A DNA stretch of 64,000 bases from Octopus bimaculoides (taxonomy: Eukaryota), in the NCBI RefSeq assembly GCF_001194135.2, contig NC_069006.1, forward strand, positions 23,601,713 through 23,665,712. The letters run 5' to 3'. The number at the start of each line of letters is the position of its first letter. The stretch's first letter is position 1. Under the pieces are notes generated by a model. The model saw only the letters and a program-made list of their open reading frames with translations. It was not told the DNA's origin and ran no database searches. Shown here one piece after another: positions 40,575-52,651 of the stretch. The position numbers were made by a program, and so were the translations under genes.

Positions 40575-40940
40575 CTATATAGTGATGTAGGTATTGGGCA
40601 AGTGTCTTCTACTAAGTCCTCGGGTCAACCAATGCTTTGTGAGCGGATTTGGTAGATGGAACCTGAAAGAAGCTCGTCATGTGTGTGCTTTTGTTTTTCT
40701 GTTTGTCTGTCTGTCCTCCACCACCACCACCACCACTTGACAACTGGTGTTGGTGTGTTTACGTCCCCATAACTTAGCAGTTCAGCAAAAGAGACCAATA
40801 GAATAAGTACTAGATTTAGAAAAAGGGGGGGAAAAAAAACAAAAAAAACAGGTTCTGGGGGTTGATTCATTCAATGAAGAATTCTTCAAGACGGCGCTCC
40901 AGCATGACTGCAGTCTAATCACTGAAACAAGTGAAAGATA
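40575..40940 (+). mobile_element. SINE family A, CpG-decayed
   Basis: Colinear with 32185-32470 with CG to TG/CA changes. Confidence 0.8.
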
Positions 40941-41651
40941 TTGAATTCTTCAGGCCAAAAATGGTGCCAACAACGAAAATAAATCTCTGGTAGACTGATT
41001 ATTTTGGGGGGGAAAAAACTGACTTATTATGAGGAGTTTAGACTTAAAAATTGTCTTTCATTTTGTTTGAAAAGTTTACCGTGATTTAAGTACTATGGCA
41101 ACTTGTGTGCTGGAAAATATAGTAGTAGAAGTAGTAATTAGTGGTGTGCATAATACCAGTGATAATTGCATACTACCACCACCACCACTAATAATAATTG
41201 ATTCTAATTTAGGCAAAAGGCCAGTAGTTTTTAGGGAAGGGGTTAGTTGATACTATAAATTCCTGTATTTGATGGGTACTTCATCATCATCATTTAATGT
41301 CTGCTTTTTATGCTGGCATGGGTCGGATGGTTTCATAGGAGCCGACCAGGTAGAAGACTTCACCACGGTTCTTGTGTCTGGTGTGGCACGATTTTTACAG
41401 CTGGATGCCCTGCCTAACACCAATTGCCCCGCAGAGCAGACTAACCCCCTTGGTGCCTTTGTGTCAATGTTTGTTACTAACCCACCTACTTACTCCTTCC
41501 ACCACTTGAAAATGGGTGTTGTCCACTGATGTTGGAAAGAGGGGCAGAGAAAGAGAAGGGAGGAGAGAGAAAGAGAGAGAGAGAGAGGAAGAGTTAAATG
41601 AAGTGTGCTTATATCAGGTTATGAATGTTTTCATTCTGTTGTGTCTGGAGA

Positions 41652-41902
41652 GAGAGTCATTCTCTTTTAGTGCCTTATAATTTAACACACTCACCGGTCT
41701 GATTTCCACTCATTTACTTATTTATTTTTCTAAAATTTTCGTTGTGTTTTGCAACCATTTCAATAGTTTTCAACCTTTTCTATAGTTGAAAAGGTTGCAA
41801 AGACACAATGAAAATTTTAGAAAAATAAATAAATAAATAAATGAGTGGAAATTTTACCAGTGAGTGTGTTAAATAATAAGGCACTAAAAGAGAATGACTC
41901 TC
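41652..41902. mobile_element. Fold-back (near-complete palindromic) element, 251 bp
   Basis: Left arm gagagtcattctcttttagtgccttataatttaacacactcac...ttttctaaaattttc...tgcaacc mirrors the right arm. Confidence 0.85.
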
Positions 41903-42889
41903 CCCATAAACTACAAAATATACTTCAACACACAGACTCACATAAAGAATCTTGCAAACCAAGTCCAAAAATGAAATGTTTTCATTGTTTGTGCTCAATT
42001 GCAGGTCAGTCATGATCAAGCTGTCCTGTGATTGAAGGCACGCCCATTGGAACCTTCCCTTTTCTGTTTTGGGGATATCTAAGACTACCATTTCCAATGA
42101 GTTTGTGTTTAAGTCTCTTTGGAGTTTGAGTCGAGGGTGATTTAGCTGCTATTTCTAGCAGGCTGAGTACCCACCTAAACATTGTCTTTTGGATTTCTCT
42201 GATGTCACTCAATTGTCATGTCTTTTTTTTTGTGTGGAATTTCAGCCTTAACTAACTGAACCAAAACTAAAAAAATAAAACTGAAAATAACAAAAAAAGG
42301 TAAATAAAAGCATCACCACCACTACCACCACCACCGCTAAAACCAGCTGACTGGTGGGTGAAGTGAACTATTTCATCGACTGTGTTCAGGGACTGAACCT
42401 GCGTTCTTCTCCTTCATGCTTGATTGAATTCCAGTGCTTTACCAACTAACCCACACTTGATAATCTACTGCAACATCTACTACCACCACCACTGCTACCA
42501 CAGTGTATAGGTAGGACTACTACATTTAGTTCTTGGTGGTGGACGATATTAGTGAGGAATTTTGGGTATTCTCTTTTTTATACAGGTTTACACTTTCAAT
42601 GCTTGCTTTTGGTTTAATTGTTTTATGTCTGCTTTGACTTTATAATCCTATCAGTCCATGTTTATATTCGATGTGGAAGTGATTCTTTCAACTATCCTTG
42701 TGTAACCCTTCAGCATTTAACCTGGCCATGTTTGACTGGCTCACATATTCTTCTGCCCTGGTCTCACACCTACCTGACACATTGTCTTTCTAAAAACTAA
42801 ACAATCACATCATCAAAGGTCTCGAAGCAATGAGATCTTGCATGACTAATTCAAAACAAAGTGTTACCATTCACAGAGTAACCTGAATA

Positions 42890-42906
42890 TAATAATAATA
42901 ACAATC

Positions 42907-42943
<37 letters not shown>

Positions 42944-43110
42944 TCCTTTCTGCTATAGTCACAAGGCCTGGATTTTGTGGGGAGGGGAACAATCAATTAC
43001 ATCGACCCCAGTGCGTAACTGTTACTTAATTTATCGACCCCGAAAGGATGCAAGGCAAAGTTGACCTTGATGGAATTTGAACTCAGAACGTAGTGATGGG
43101 TGAAATACTT
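42890..43110 (-). mobile_element. SINE family C with (AAT)n tail
   Basis: Reverse complement of 59637-59870. Confidence 0.8.
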
Positions 43111-43380
43111 CAGTGTTATTTCTTATTTGCTTCTACCTAGAAATCAAAGGAAATAACTACTATTCCCTTCAAACATTGAATTTGTGACCTGAGGGCCATT
43201 GTTTTGAAACTGACCTATTTTCCTTTACATTTCAGACAAATTCAGTGCCGAGTTGCTGAAGCAGAAATATCGTTATAGCAAATATTCTGCTCAAAACCAC
43301 AGATTTGCTTGTCAGTTGCTTGACCTTAATCACTTGAGCATGTCCCTTAGTGGCGGACAATATGAAAATAACAATTTTGT

Positions 43381-43505
43381 TATACAGTGTAATTCTATAT
43401 GTACATGGATTTTATACACAGTAATTCTATATGTACATAGATTTTATACACAGTAATTCTATACGTACATAGATTTTATACACAGTAATTCTATACGTAC
43501 ATACA
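43381..43505. repeat. 32-bp tandem repeat, about 3.8 copies
   Basis: gtacat anchors at 43401, 43433, 43465 and 43497. Confidence 0.9.
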
Positions 43506-43631
43506 TTTCTGTGTACATTGTCATCACGACCGTCCTTGACAGTTTCTAAGATCTGTCTTTACATTAGATTCTTCTTGCATCCAGTTTTTCTCTCTCGGCT
43601 CATCAACAACCTGTTATTTATGCACACTGAA

Positions 43632-43965
43632 AGGTCATGGTTCAGTGGTTAGAACATTGGTCTCACAATCATTAGGTTGTGAGTTTGATTCATAGACCAG
43701 GCTGTGTATTGTGTTCTTGAGCAAGACACTTTATTTTGTGCTGCCCCAGTTCACTCAGCTGTAGAAATGAGTTGTGATGTCACTGGTGCCAAGCTGTATC
43801 AGTCTTTGCCTTTCCCTCGGATAACATTAGTGGCATGGAGAGAGGAGGCTGGTATTCATGGTCAACTGCTGGTCTTCTATAAACAACCTTGTCTGGACTT
43901 GTGCCTCGGTGGGTCAACTTTCTAGGTGTAATCCCATGGTCATTCATGACCAAAGTGGGGTCTTT
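43632..43965 (+). mobile_element. tRNA-headed SINE family B
   Basis: Head ggttcagtggttagaac...gtttgattc; core ttcttgagcaagacactttat...ccagttcactcagctgtagaaatgag. Confidence 0.8.
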
Positions 43966-43984
43966 TGTTTTCCTTCTATGCACA

Positions 43985-44215
43985 CTTGCTTAATTTCTTT
44001 CTACTAGTCTTCCACTCTTTCAAGGCTAACATCTTGTGGCCATTAACATTTCACTTTGCACACAAGCTTCATACGATCTGCCCTTTACTCTGAAAGCAAA
44101 GCCCTTGTTACCAGCAGAGATAAAAGCTCTCCCAACATTCTCCAGCCTGTTTTTACTCTGACAATTACACTTTCAGGACACTTCACTACTTTCAGCTAAA
44201 TAGGTCACCTCGACA
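43985..44215 (-). mobile_element. RTE-clade LINE ORF2 relic
   Basis: GDLFS...CPESVIVRVKTGWRMLGELLSLLVTR then frameshifted LRVKGR.YEACV; RTE post-RT motif. Confidence 0.65.
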
Positions 44216-45207
44216 GCAAAAATTATTATTGTGTTTCGTCATGCATGAATCATACTATTGTATATATTCGATTTTAACTGAAAAAAAAAAAAAATTAAAT
44301 AAAACTGGGTGACATACACAGAGCAAAACTAAAACTATGAAGGGAAAAAATTTTGTACCAACATTTAACTTTAAATTAGGGGTATGACTCGTGAGTAAAT
44401 ATGGTAACTACTTGTAGGGAGCCGATTGGCATTACAGCTCTAATGTAATATGTGAAGGAATCCCAGAAAAGTGGGTCTTGAGTTTCCAATTTGAGTCCAA
44501 ATATACATACACATTCTTTGTTCTTGGAATTTCTTGCCGTTTTCTGTTCCTTCTTTTCATCATTTTCTTCTTCTTTCCTGCGATAAAGGATAAAGTTTTC
44601 AAACATAAAAAACTTCCTTAAACTTTTCTTCATTGCAGCTTGGTATTTTTGCTATTTTGGCTGCTATTTCTAGCAGGTTGAGCAACTACCTAAAGGCTCT
44701 CCTGTTAGCTCGTTTAGTGTAGCTGACTGCTGTATATATGAAAGTGTGACCAAGGACTGTCCCATACATTGTACAAATAATTGGTTGTGATTTAAAGGAC
44801 ATTTTCACTGCTATTTCCAGCCAATCAAACAACGACCTAAAAGCTCTCACATTAGCTCGTTTAGTGTAGCTGGCTGCTGTGTATATATGTCTGTGTGGTC
44901 TGGGACTGTACTGCCACAGTATACCATGCAGTAAGTTTGCTGGTTGAGATGTTGTGCAAGTATTATAGCAACAACAACAGCAGCTGCTGCAGAGAAGATT
45001 AAAATCATTATTATGCAATGGAATTTAGTGCAATACCGACGCAGTATGGCACTGTTGGAGTAAATGTATTTACAGCATTTCATTTCGTTACTCGACTTTC
45101 TCTTCTTAGATCTTAGTTGCATTGCTGTGTTTGATTTTTGCCCTTCATCCATCCCTTCTGGGCAGCCCTGTCCTATAAATTTAGGGATTCCTATCAATGA
45201 AAATGAA

Positions 45208-45532
45208 GCTGCATGGCTCAGGGGTTAGAGTGTCGGGCTCACAATCGTGAGGTAGTGAGATCGATTCCCAGACTAGGCTGTGTGTTGTGTTCTTGAGCAA
45301 GACACTTTATTTCACGTTACTCCAGTTCACTCAGCTGTAGAAATGAGCTGTGACGTCACTGGTGCCAAGCTGTATCGGCCCCTTTGCCTCTCCCTTGGAT
45401 AACATCTATGGCCTGAAGAGGTGAGGCTGGTATGCATGGGTGACTGCTGGTCTTCCATAAACAACCTTGTCTGGACTTGTGCCTCGGAGGGTAACTTTCT
45501 TGGTGCATTCCCATGGGAGGGGGTCTTTACCT
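45208..45532 (+). mobile_element. SINE family B
   Basis: Colinear with 43632-43965. Confidence 0.8.
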
Positions 45533-46240
45533 TTTTATCAATGAAAATATATTATTACTTACCAGCTGGCAGAATTGTTAGCATGCTGGGCAAACTGCTT
45601 AGCGGCATATCATGCATAATTATGTTCTGAGTTCAAATTTCGTCGAGGCCAAGTTTGCCTTTCATTCTTCCCCAAATTGCTATCCTTGTGCCAAAATGAG
45701 AAAGAATTATTATTATTATTATTATTATTATTAAGGAGGTGAGCTGGCAGAATCAGTAACACTTGGCAGTATTTCTTCCAACTCTTTATGTCCTTACCCC
45801 CCCCTTGCGCCAGGCTGCGAGGATGGGCCTTGAACTTCACTCATCATCATCATCATTCCCACCATCACAATCATCATCATCATCATCCCCACCATCACAA
45901 TCATCATCATCACCTCTGCTTTTCCCATGCTGATGTAACTTGGACAAGGGTTATTGAGGCAGTATTCTATGGTCAGATGCTTTTCCTGTCACTAACCCTT
46001 AACTTGGTTTCCCAGTGAAGTATTTTTTATTCTCTTCCAGGACAAATTGCTATTGATTCTGTGTTTTCATCTTCATCCTCTATATTTGGAGGTCTTTGCC
46101 CACAGGGCTCAGTTTTTGTCTTCTTTCCCTCCCTGCAGTTTGGTAAAATGCAGGGCTCATAGCTGTGATGTCTATTTAGCTGCCTTGCTTGTCCAGAGCT
46201 ACCATCCTTTTTGACCAATGGTGTGTTGTTTTATTTACAG

Positions 46241-46378
46241 AGGAACTGAGGGTTCTGCATGAACGGCTTGCCTATCTGGAACGAAGGGAGCGTGAACTGA
46301 TTCGGGAGAAAGAAGAACAAGAGAAAGAGTTTGGCTTAAAAAGAGCCAAACTGAAGGAGCTGTTTCTTCAGAAAGAAG
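46241..46378 (+). CDS. RABEP1: Rabaptin-5 exon 2 (EELRVLHERL...EFGLKRAKLKELFLQKE)
   Basis: ttacAG|...|GTGAGT, 138 nt, phase 1-1; matches human RABEP1 EFNQKRAKFKELYLAKE. Confidence 0.95.
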
Positions 46379-46444
46379 GTGAGTTCTGGGGCTGGGGTTT
46401 CTTAATTTGTGTGTGTGTGTGGGGGGGTTGTATTTCTGTACAGG

Positions 46445-46843
46445 TGCAAGGTGTGGCTGTGTGGTAAGAAGCTTGTTTCTGTAACCCTTCGTAACCCTTC
46501 GTAAACAAAAGCCTCATGAGTAGATTTGGTCGATGGAAATTGGAAGATGCCCATTGTGTGTGTCATCATCATTTAACATCTGTGTTCCATGCTAGCATGG
46601 GTGGGACGGTACAAGAGCCAGCAGGCTGAAGCCTGCACCAGACTTCTGTGACTGTTTTGGCAGGATTTTTACATATATATGATAGTCTTCTTTCAGTTTC
46701 CGTCTACGAAATCCACTCACAAGGCTTTGGTCAGCCCAAGGCTATAGGTGAAGACACTTGCCCAAGGTGCCACACAGTGGGATTGAACCTGGAACCATGT
46801 GGTTGGTAAGCAAGCTACTTATCACACAGCCACTCCTGTGCCT
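46445..46843. mobile_element. Inverted pair of SINE family A copies in RABEP1 intron 2 (plus 46445-46560, minus 46684-46843), with a family D fragment between
   Basis: Head and body sequence present in both orientations. Confidence 0.75.
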
Positions 46844-46846
46844 ATA

Positions 46847-46961
46847 ATTATCTTATGCACTTCATTAGCTTACAGCTGTTTCTGCTGTAAGATGCAGTGC
46901 ACTCCTAGTTGAGTGCCTGAGTAACACCCTAGCTGTAAGCTAGTGAAGCTCATAAGATAAT
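46847..46961. repeat. 115-bp inverted repeat (about 31-bp stem)
   Basis: ATTATCTTATGcaCTTCAtTAGCTTACAGCT versus the reverse complement of the right arm ATTATCTTATGagCTTCAcTAGCTTACAGCT. Confidence 0.85.
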
Positions 46962-47119
46962 CATTTATTCCATTGTCATCTCATTTTGTAATTACTGCTC
47001 TGTACTCAACTAATGCTTCATTTTGAAGCATAAGTCTACTGGGTTCTACACCAGGTTATTAGTCTCACGATGCCTAAGCAAAATATTAATAGATATATAT
47101 ATGTTTTTCTATGTTTCAG

Positions 47120-47323
47120 AGGAACTGAAGCGAGAACGTGACACAACAGCTGAGGCCCTTGGCAAGAACAACTCTCTCTTGATAGACTTGAAGAAGCTAC
47201 AAAGTGAACTTGAAGATCTGAAGGCTGCTGCGGCCGTTTCGGAAGAGAACAAACAGGATGAAGTGGAAGACATTCGGCGCCAGTGCCAGGAGGAGATTGC
47301 CAGTTTGCAGAGTATTATGAAAG
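47120..47323 (+). CDS. RABEP1: Rabaptin-5 exon 3 (EELKRERD...AVSEENKQDEVEDIRRQCQEEIASLQSIMK)
   Basis: tttcAG|...|GTAATG, 204 nt, phase 1-1; matches human ATVSENTKQEAIDEVKRQWREEVASLQAVMK. Confidence 0.95.
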
Positions 47324-47977
47324 GTAATGTTGTTTGGGCTCCAGATCAACCCTGATTTGGCAGACTTGTGATTGAAGGCATTCCAACTGTGACCATCCCG
47401 TTGTATTTTCAGGCATTGTGCATATAAAGCCTCATTATCCAATATGTCCTGTAGCTTTTTGAATAGTAGTGTCATTTGAAGGAGATTTGGCTGTTATTTC
47501 TAGCAGGTTGGTCACTCCTTTATTAAGATAATGTTAAGTAGAAAGAATAAAATGTTTTGTTTTCATTTTCTACATTTTTATGCCCTTCTTGTCACCAACA
47601 CTTGTTTTTAAATAAGGTAATCTTTCCCCATGGCTAGGCATGTTATTCACAAAAGACTGAAAATGAACACCATCACTTGTATGACAGGCTTGTGTACAGC
47701 CACCATCTGATGTCAGAACAAGGGCATAAAACTAGTTGTCTTCTATCATACGTATGGTGGAAGGCAACTCGTGACCGAGTAGGACCACTTCTTGAACTCA
47801 TTTCATTCTAAGTTTGGTTTCCTTATCGCTGACGACGTCTCATATGATTCTTAAGGCCTGGGTGTTAGGCCTAGAGGCTTTCTTTCCTATCGCTAGCACT
47901 GGAGTGTGTGGTGAGGGGTACCTTGGTTGCTTTTATTCTAAAAAAACGAAAAAAAAATACCTGTTTGTGTGTTACAG

Positions 47978-48104
47978 AAGCAGCAGATGAAGCTTCAAGG
48001 AAGACAGCAGCTCAGTATGAGAGCGTGTGGCAGAGAATGATGAAAATGAATGAGAAATCAGAACAAGAACTTCAAGATCTGAAAATGCAGTTAAATCAAG
48101 AAAG
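47978..48104 (+). CDS. RABEP1: Rabaptin-5 exon 4 (EAADEASRK...SEQELQDLKMQLNQE)
   Basis: ttacAG|...|GTAAGT, 127 nt, phase 1-2; coiled-coil sequence in frame with exon 3. Confidence 0.88.
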
Positions 48105-48211
48105 GTAAGTCTTTTACTGGAGTTGAGAGGGAATTTGGTAGAGAGAAACTTCCAAGACCCCCATCGCAACGCCCATAAAACCAGGAACTTTTCAGTACCC
48201 TCTTGTATTCA

Positions 48212-48253
<42 letters not shown>

Positions 48254-48337
48254 AAAATTATTGGAAGGATTAAATGTATTTTTAAAGATAATTATTTTTC
48301 TCTAAAATCTCACAGGAGTTATCTTTCTTATTCCCAG

Positions 48338-48377
48338 GGAAGGCTTTTTAGCTTCTGTGGCGAAGTCCCTGAAGCGA
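48338..48377 (+). CDS. RABEP1: Rabaptin-5 exon 5 (REGFLASVAKSLKR): either a 40-nt exon or the start of a longer exon running into the gap at 48387
   Basis: Acceptor tctttcttattcccAG; phase-2 start restores the frame; GTGAGT at 48378 would give the phase 0 needed by the 58549 exon. Confidence 0.7.
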
Positions 48378-48853
48378 GTGAGTGGCNNNNNNNNNNNNNN
48401 NNNNNNNNNNNNNNNNNNNNNNNNNNNNNNNNNNNNNNNNNNNNNNNNNNNNNNNNNNNNNNNNNNNNNNNNNNNNNNNNNNNNNNNNNNNNNNNNNNNN
48501 NNNNNNNNNNNNNNNNNNNNNNNNNNNNNNNNNNNNNNNNNNNNNNNNNNNNNNNNNNNNNNNNNNNNNNNNNNNNNNNNNNNNNNNNNNNNNNNNNNNN
48601 NNNNNNNNNNNNNNNNNNNNNNNNNNNNNNNNNNNNNNNNNNNNNNNNNNNNNNNNNNNNNNNNNNNNNNNNNNNNNNNNNNNNNNNNNNNNNNNNNNNN
48701 NNNNNNNNNNNNNNNNNNNNNNNNNNNNNNNNNNNNNNNNNNNNNNNNNNNNNNNNNNNNNNNNNNNNNNNNNNNNNNNNNNNNNNNNNNNNNNNNNNNN
48801 NNNNNNNNNNNNNNNNNNNNNNNNNNNNNNNNNNNNNNNNNNNNNNNNNNNNN

Positions 48854-48873
48854 CCTCTTCCTCCTCCTCTTCC

Positions 48874-48938
<65 letters not shown>
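48854..48938. repeat. (CCT/CTT)n microsatellite
   Basis: Directly visible, abuts a gap. Confidence 0.95.
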
Positions 48939-49019
48939 ATATGTTAGCCAAGGAAGGTAATATCGTCTCACATTTTTAGCTGTGACTTCCATTGACTTCT
49001 CTCTCTTTCTTTGGTTTAT

Positions 49020-49245
49020 ATTTACTGCCGGTGCTACATGAAAAGCACCTGTACTAGTGCCACATATAAAGCACCCCTGCTAGTGCCATGTCTAAAGCAC
49101 TTGGTCAACACTGTAAAGTGGTTGGCGTTAGGAAGGGCATCCAGCTGTAGAAATCATACCAGATCAGACGATTGGAGCCTGGAGCAGCTCTCTGGCTGCT
49201 CAGCACCTGTCAACCCATGCCAGCATGGAAAACTGATGATGAATG
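49020..49245 (+). mobile_element. SINE family D
   Basis: gtggttggcgttaggaagggcatccagctgtagaaa...aacccatgccagcatggaaaactgatgatg. Confidence 0.75.
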
Positions 49246-49744
49246 TGCATTATGGTTTTACAGCATCCATATTCCTCTGCTTCCATGTCTCAGATTGTTT
49301 CAGCGGTTTATGCAAATTTATCCATCCAGAGGCAGCGTGGTTGATGCCAGTGTCACGTAACTAGCACCCCTGCCGGTAGCACATGAAGAGCACCATTTAA
49401 GTGTTGGGCCTCATGGAGGCAATGTAGCCGATGCCAGTGTCATGTAGCTGGCACATCATTGAAATCTCAAAGCTATGAGCTAATACATGATTAATTCAAA
49501 ACAATATGAATGAATAAGCATTATACTTGACAGAGTAATCTGAATGCTAAAGGGTTAAAGATGTGCTTATTTGAGGGAGGGAAGTGAATAAAATATTCGG
49601 GGTTTTTTTTTAACCCTTTAACTGCAAAATTTGATTTTATAGTTATTCCAGTAATGATGTTAGATAACTACTAAAAAAAAAATACATTTGGTATTTTCTG
49701 TAACTTACGTTCTATTAAATAAATAAACTTGACGTAAATAAACA

Positions 49745-49922
49745 GGCGCAGGAGTGGCTGTGTGGTAAGTAGCTTGCTTACCAACCACATGGTTCCAGGT
49801 TCAGTCCCACTGCGTGGCACCTTGGGCAGGTGTCTTTTACTATAGCCTCGGGCCGACCAAAGCCTTGTGAGTGGATTTGGTAGACGGAAACTGAAAGAAG
49901 CCCGTCGTATATATGTATATAT
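49745..49922 (+). mobile_element. SINE family A, young copy truncated by a gap
   Basis: Near-identical to the reverse complement of 8470-8635. Confidence 0.85.
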
Positions 49923-50916
49923 NNNNNNNNNNNNNNNNNNNNNNNNNNNNNNNNNNNNNNNNNNNNNNNNNNNNNNNNNNNNNNNNNNNNNNNNNNNNNN
50001 NNNNNNNNNNNNNNNNNNNNNNNNNNNNNNNNNNNNNNNNNNNNNNNNNNNNNNNNNNNNNNNNNNNNNNNNNNNNNNNNNNNNNNNNNNNNNNNNNNNN
50101 NNNNNNNNNNNNNNNNNNNNNNNNNNNNNNNNNNNNNNNNNNNNNNNNNNNNNNNNNNNNNNNNNNNNNNNNNNNNNNNNNNNNNNNNNNNNNNNNNNNN
50201 NNNNNNNNNNNNNNNNNNNNNNNNNNNNNNNNNNNNNNNNNNNNNNNNNNNNNNNNNNNNNNNNNNNNNNNNNNNNNNNNNNNNNNNNNNNNNNNNNNNN
50301 NNNNNNNNNNNNNNNNNNNNNNNNNNNNNNNNNNNNNNNNNNNNNNNNNNNNNNNNNNNNNNNNNNNNNNNNNNNNNNNNNNNNNNNNNNNNNNNNNNNN
50401 NNNNNNNNNNNNNNNNNNNNNNNNNNNNNNNNNNNNNNNNNNNNNNNNNNNNNNNNNNNNNNNNNNNNNNNNNNNNNNNNNNNNNNNNNNNNNNNNNNNN
50501 NNNNNNNNNNNNNNNNNNNNNNNNNNNNNNNNNNNNNNNNNNNNNNNNNNNNNNNNNNNNNNNNNNNNNNNNNNNNNNNNNNNNNNNNNNNNNNNNNNNN
50601 NNNNNNNNNNNNNNNNNNNNNNNNNNNNNNNNNNNNNNNNNNNNNNNNNNNNNNNNNNNNNNNNNNNNNNNNNNNNNNNNNNNNNNNNNNNNNNNNNNNN
50701 NNNNNNNNNNNNNNNNNNNNNNNNNNNNNNNNNNNNNNNNNNNNNNNNNNNNNNNNNNNNNNNNNNNNNNNNNNNNNNNNNNNNNNNNNNNNNNNNNNNN
50801 NNNNNNNNNNNNNNNNNNNNNNNNNNNNNNNNNNNNNNNNNNNNNNNNNNNNNNNNNNNNNNNNNNNNNNNNNNNNNNNNNNNNNNNNNNNNNNNNNNNN
50901 NNNNNNNNNNNNNNNN

Positions 50917-50954
<38 letters not shown>

Positions 50955-52088
50955 AAAAGTATTAAAGGTAATTCTATGCAACTTCATAATAATCCTTATT
51001 ATTATTGTTGATATTATTTATATAATATACATAGAAATCCATTTATTTTTTTGAATTTTGTTTTATCATATTTTATTCTTTGGCATTTTTTGTTAGCGTA
51101 TTTCTGTTGAAATGCCTGGGTTTTTGTTTCAGTTTTCCAGTTAATTTTGAAAATAATAAAGGATCTCATAAAATAACTTTGTCATTATTACTAAGTGATG
51201 TTTGGAACAGAAATTAACACGAAACTAACTCTGATAGAAGGTTTTAGCTTTGATCACTTGAAAACAAAAAGTCTGTATCATAGAGACAAGGGCGGTCCCA
51301 GGTGGGTTGGGGTCAAAAAAAGGTTACATTAAATTTTATTTTGCTGCAATAAACTTATTTTTGCATGTGTTGGTTATTGTAATATTTCTTTTCTTTGGTT
51401 TATATTTTTGAGGACACACTTTCAACATGGCTGGCCTGAGAATTGGTTGGGTCTAAAATTAAGGGGTTTTCAGAATTGCTGGTGTGAATTGTTCTACAGC
51501 TTTTAATGGTGTCATGCAATCTTGAGATCTGTGTAAACCTGAAGAATTTAATGGAATGTTTCGTTTTTTTTGTTTTTTTTACCAATGAATAGCTACAGAC
51601 ATGATTTTAACATCACTTGCTCACAAGAAGAGCTATTCACTTACTCCCTATCTATATAAATATGTATGTATACAAATGTGTGTGTGTATATATGTACATA
51701 TACACAAGCAGGTACACATACATTCACACATACACAAATATCTAACTGCATATGTCTGTCTGTCTGTCTTTCTCTCTCTTTCTATATGTGTGTGTGTGTG
51801 TGTGAATATATATATATATATATATGTATATACACACATGTACACACATATATATAATATAGGTAGTTAGGTTAATCCCAGCTGTTTCTGCTTGAAGCCT
51901 ATCTGCTTACTCCATTATTACAATGCTATATGTAGTCTCAGTTGCTGCCGTACATTAGTCAAAATACATATTGAAATTGAGAATTATGGAAATATTATTT
52001 ACAGAGTATATCACAACAGGAAATTGGGAATGTTTTGGTATTATTCACTAGTGAATAAATAATACCAAAAAATTTCCAATTTCTTGTT

Positions 52089-52124
<36 letters not shown>

Positions 52125-52381
52125 NNNNNNNNNNNNNNNNNNNNNNNNNNNNNNNNNNNNNNNNNNNNNNNNNNNNNNNNNNNNNNNNNNNNNNNNNNNN
52201 NNNNNNNNNNNNNNNNNNNNNNNNNNNNNNNNNNNNNNNNNNNNNNNNNNNNNNNNNNNNNNNNNNNNNNNNNNNNNNNNNNNNNNNNNNNNNNNNNNNN
52301 NNNNNNNNNNNNNNNNNNNNNNNNNNNNNNNNNNNNNNNNNNNNNNNNNNNNNNNNNNNNNNNNNNNNNNNNNNNNNNNNN

Positions 52382-52434
<53 letters not shown>

Positions 52435-52475
52435 ATGCCTACACATATATATACCGTGGAATATCCCTCTCGCAG

Positions 52476-52601
52476 GCTAGCAACAAAATGAAGACCCTTC
52501 TTCTGCCGTCCTCTCCTACTCTGAAATCCAAGCCAGCACAAGCCAATCTGAAAACCTTGCTAACAGCCTTCAGGAAAGATGGCGACCACAAAGAACTCCA
52601 A
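52476..52601 (+). CDS. Candidate optional in-frame exon (ASNKMKTLLLPSSPTLKSKPAQANLKTLLTAFRKDGDHKELQ)
   Basis: ccctctcgcAG|...CAA|GTAAGG, 126 nt, open, phase 0-0; no recognisable rabaptin similarity. Confidence 0.25.
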
Positions 52602-52620
52602 GTAAGGCACACGGCACTAG

Positions 52621-52651
<31 letters not shown>

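Noticed and set aside
45788-46018. Poly-His ORF just upstream of RABEP1 exon 2
   Set aside because: (CAT)n microsatellite with no splice or phase support; exon 1 joins exon 2 in frame without it
48854-48979. Poly-Pro/poly-Glu/poly-Ser ORFs
   Set aside because: (CCT)n microsatellite beside a gap
3426-52541. Long ORFs containing X runs, e.g. the 438-aa ORF at 49671-50987
   Set aside because: Open only because N gaps contain no stop codons
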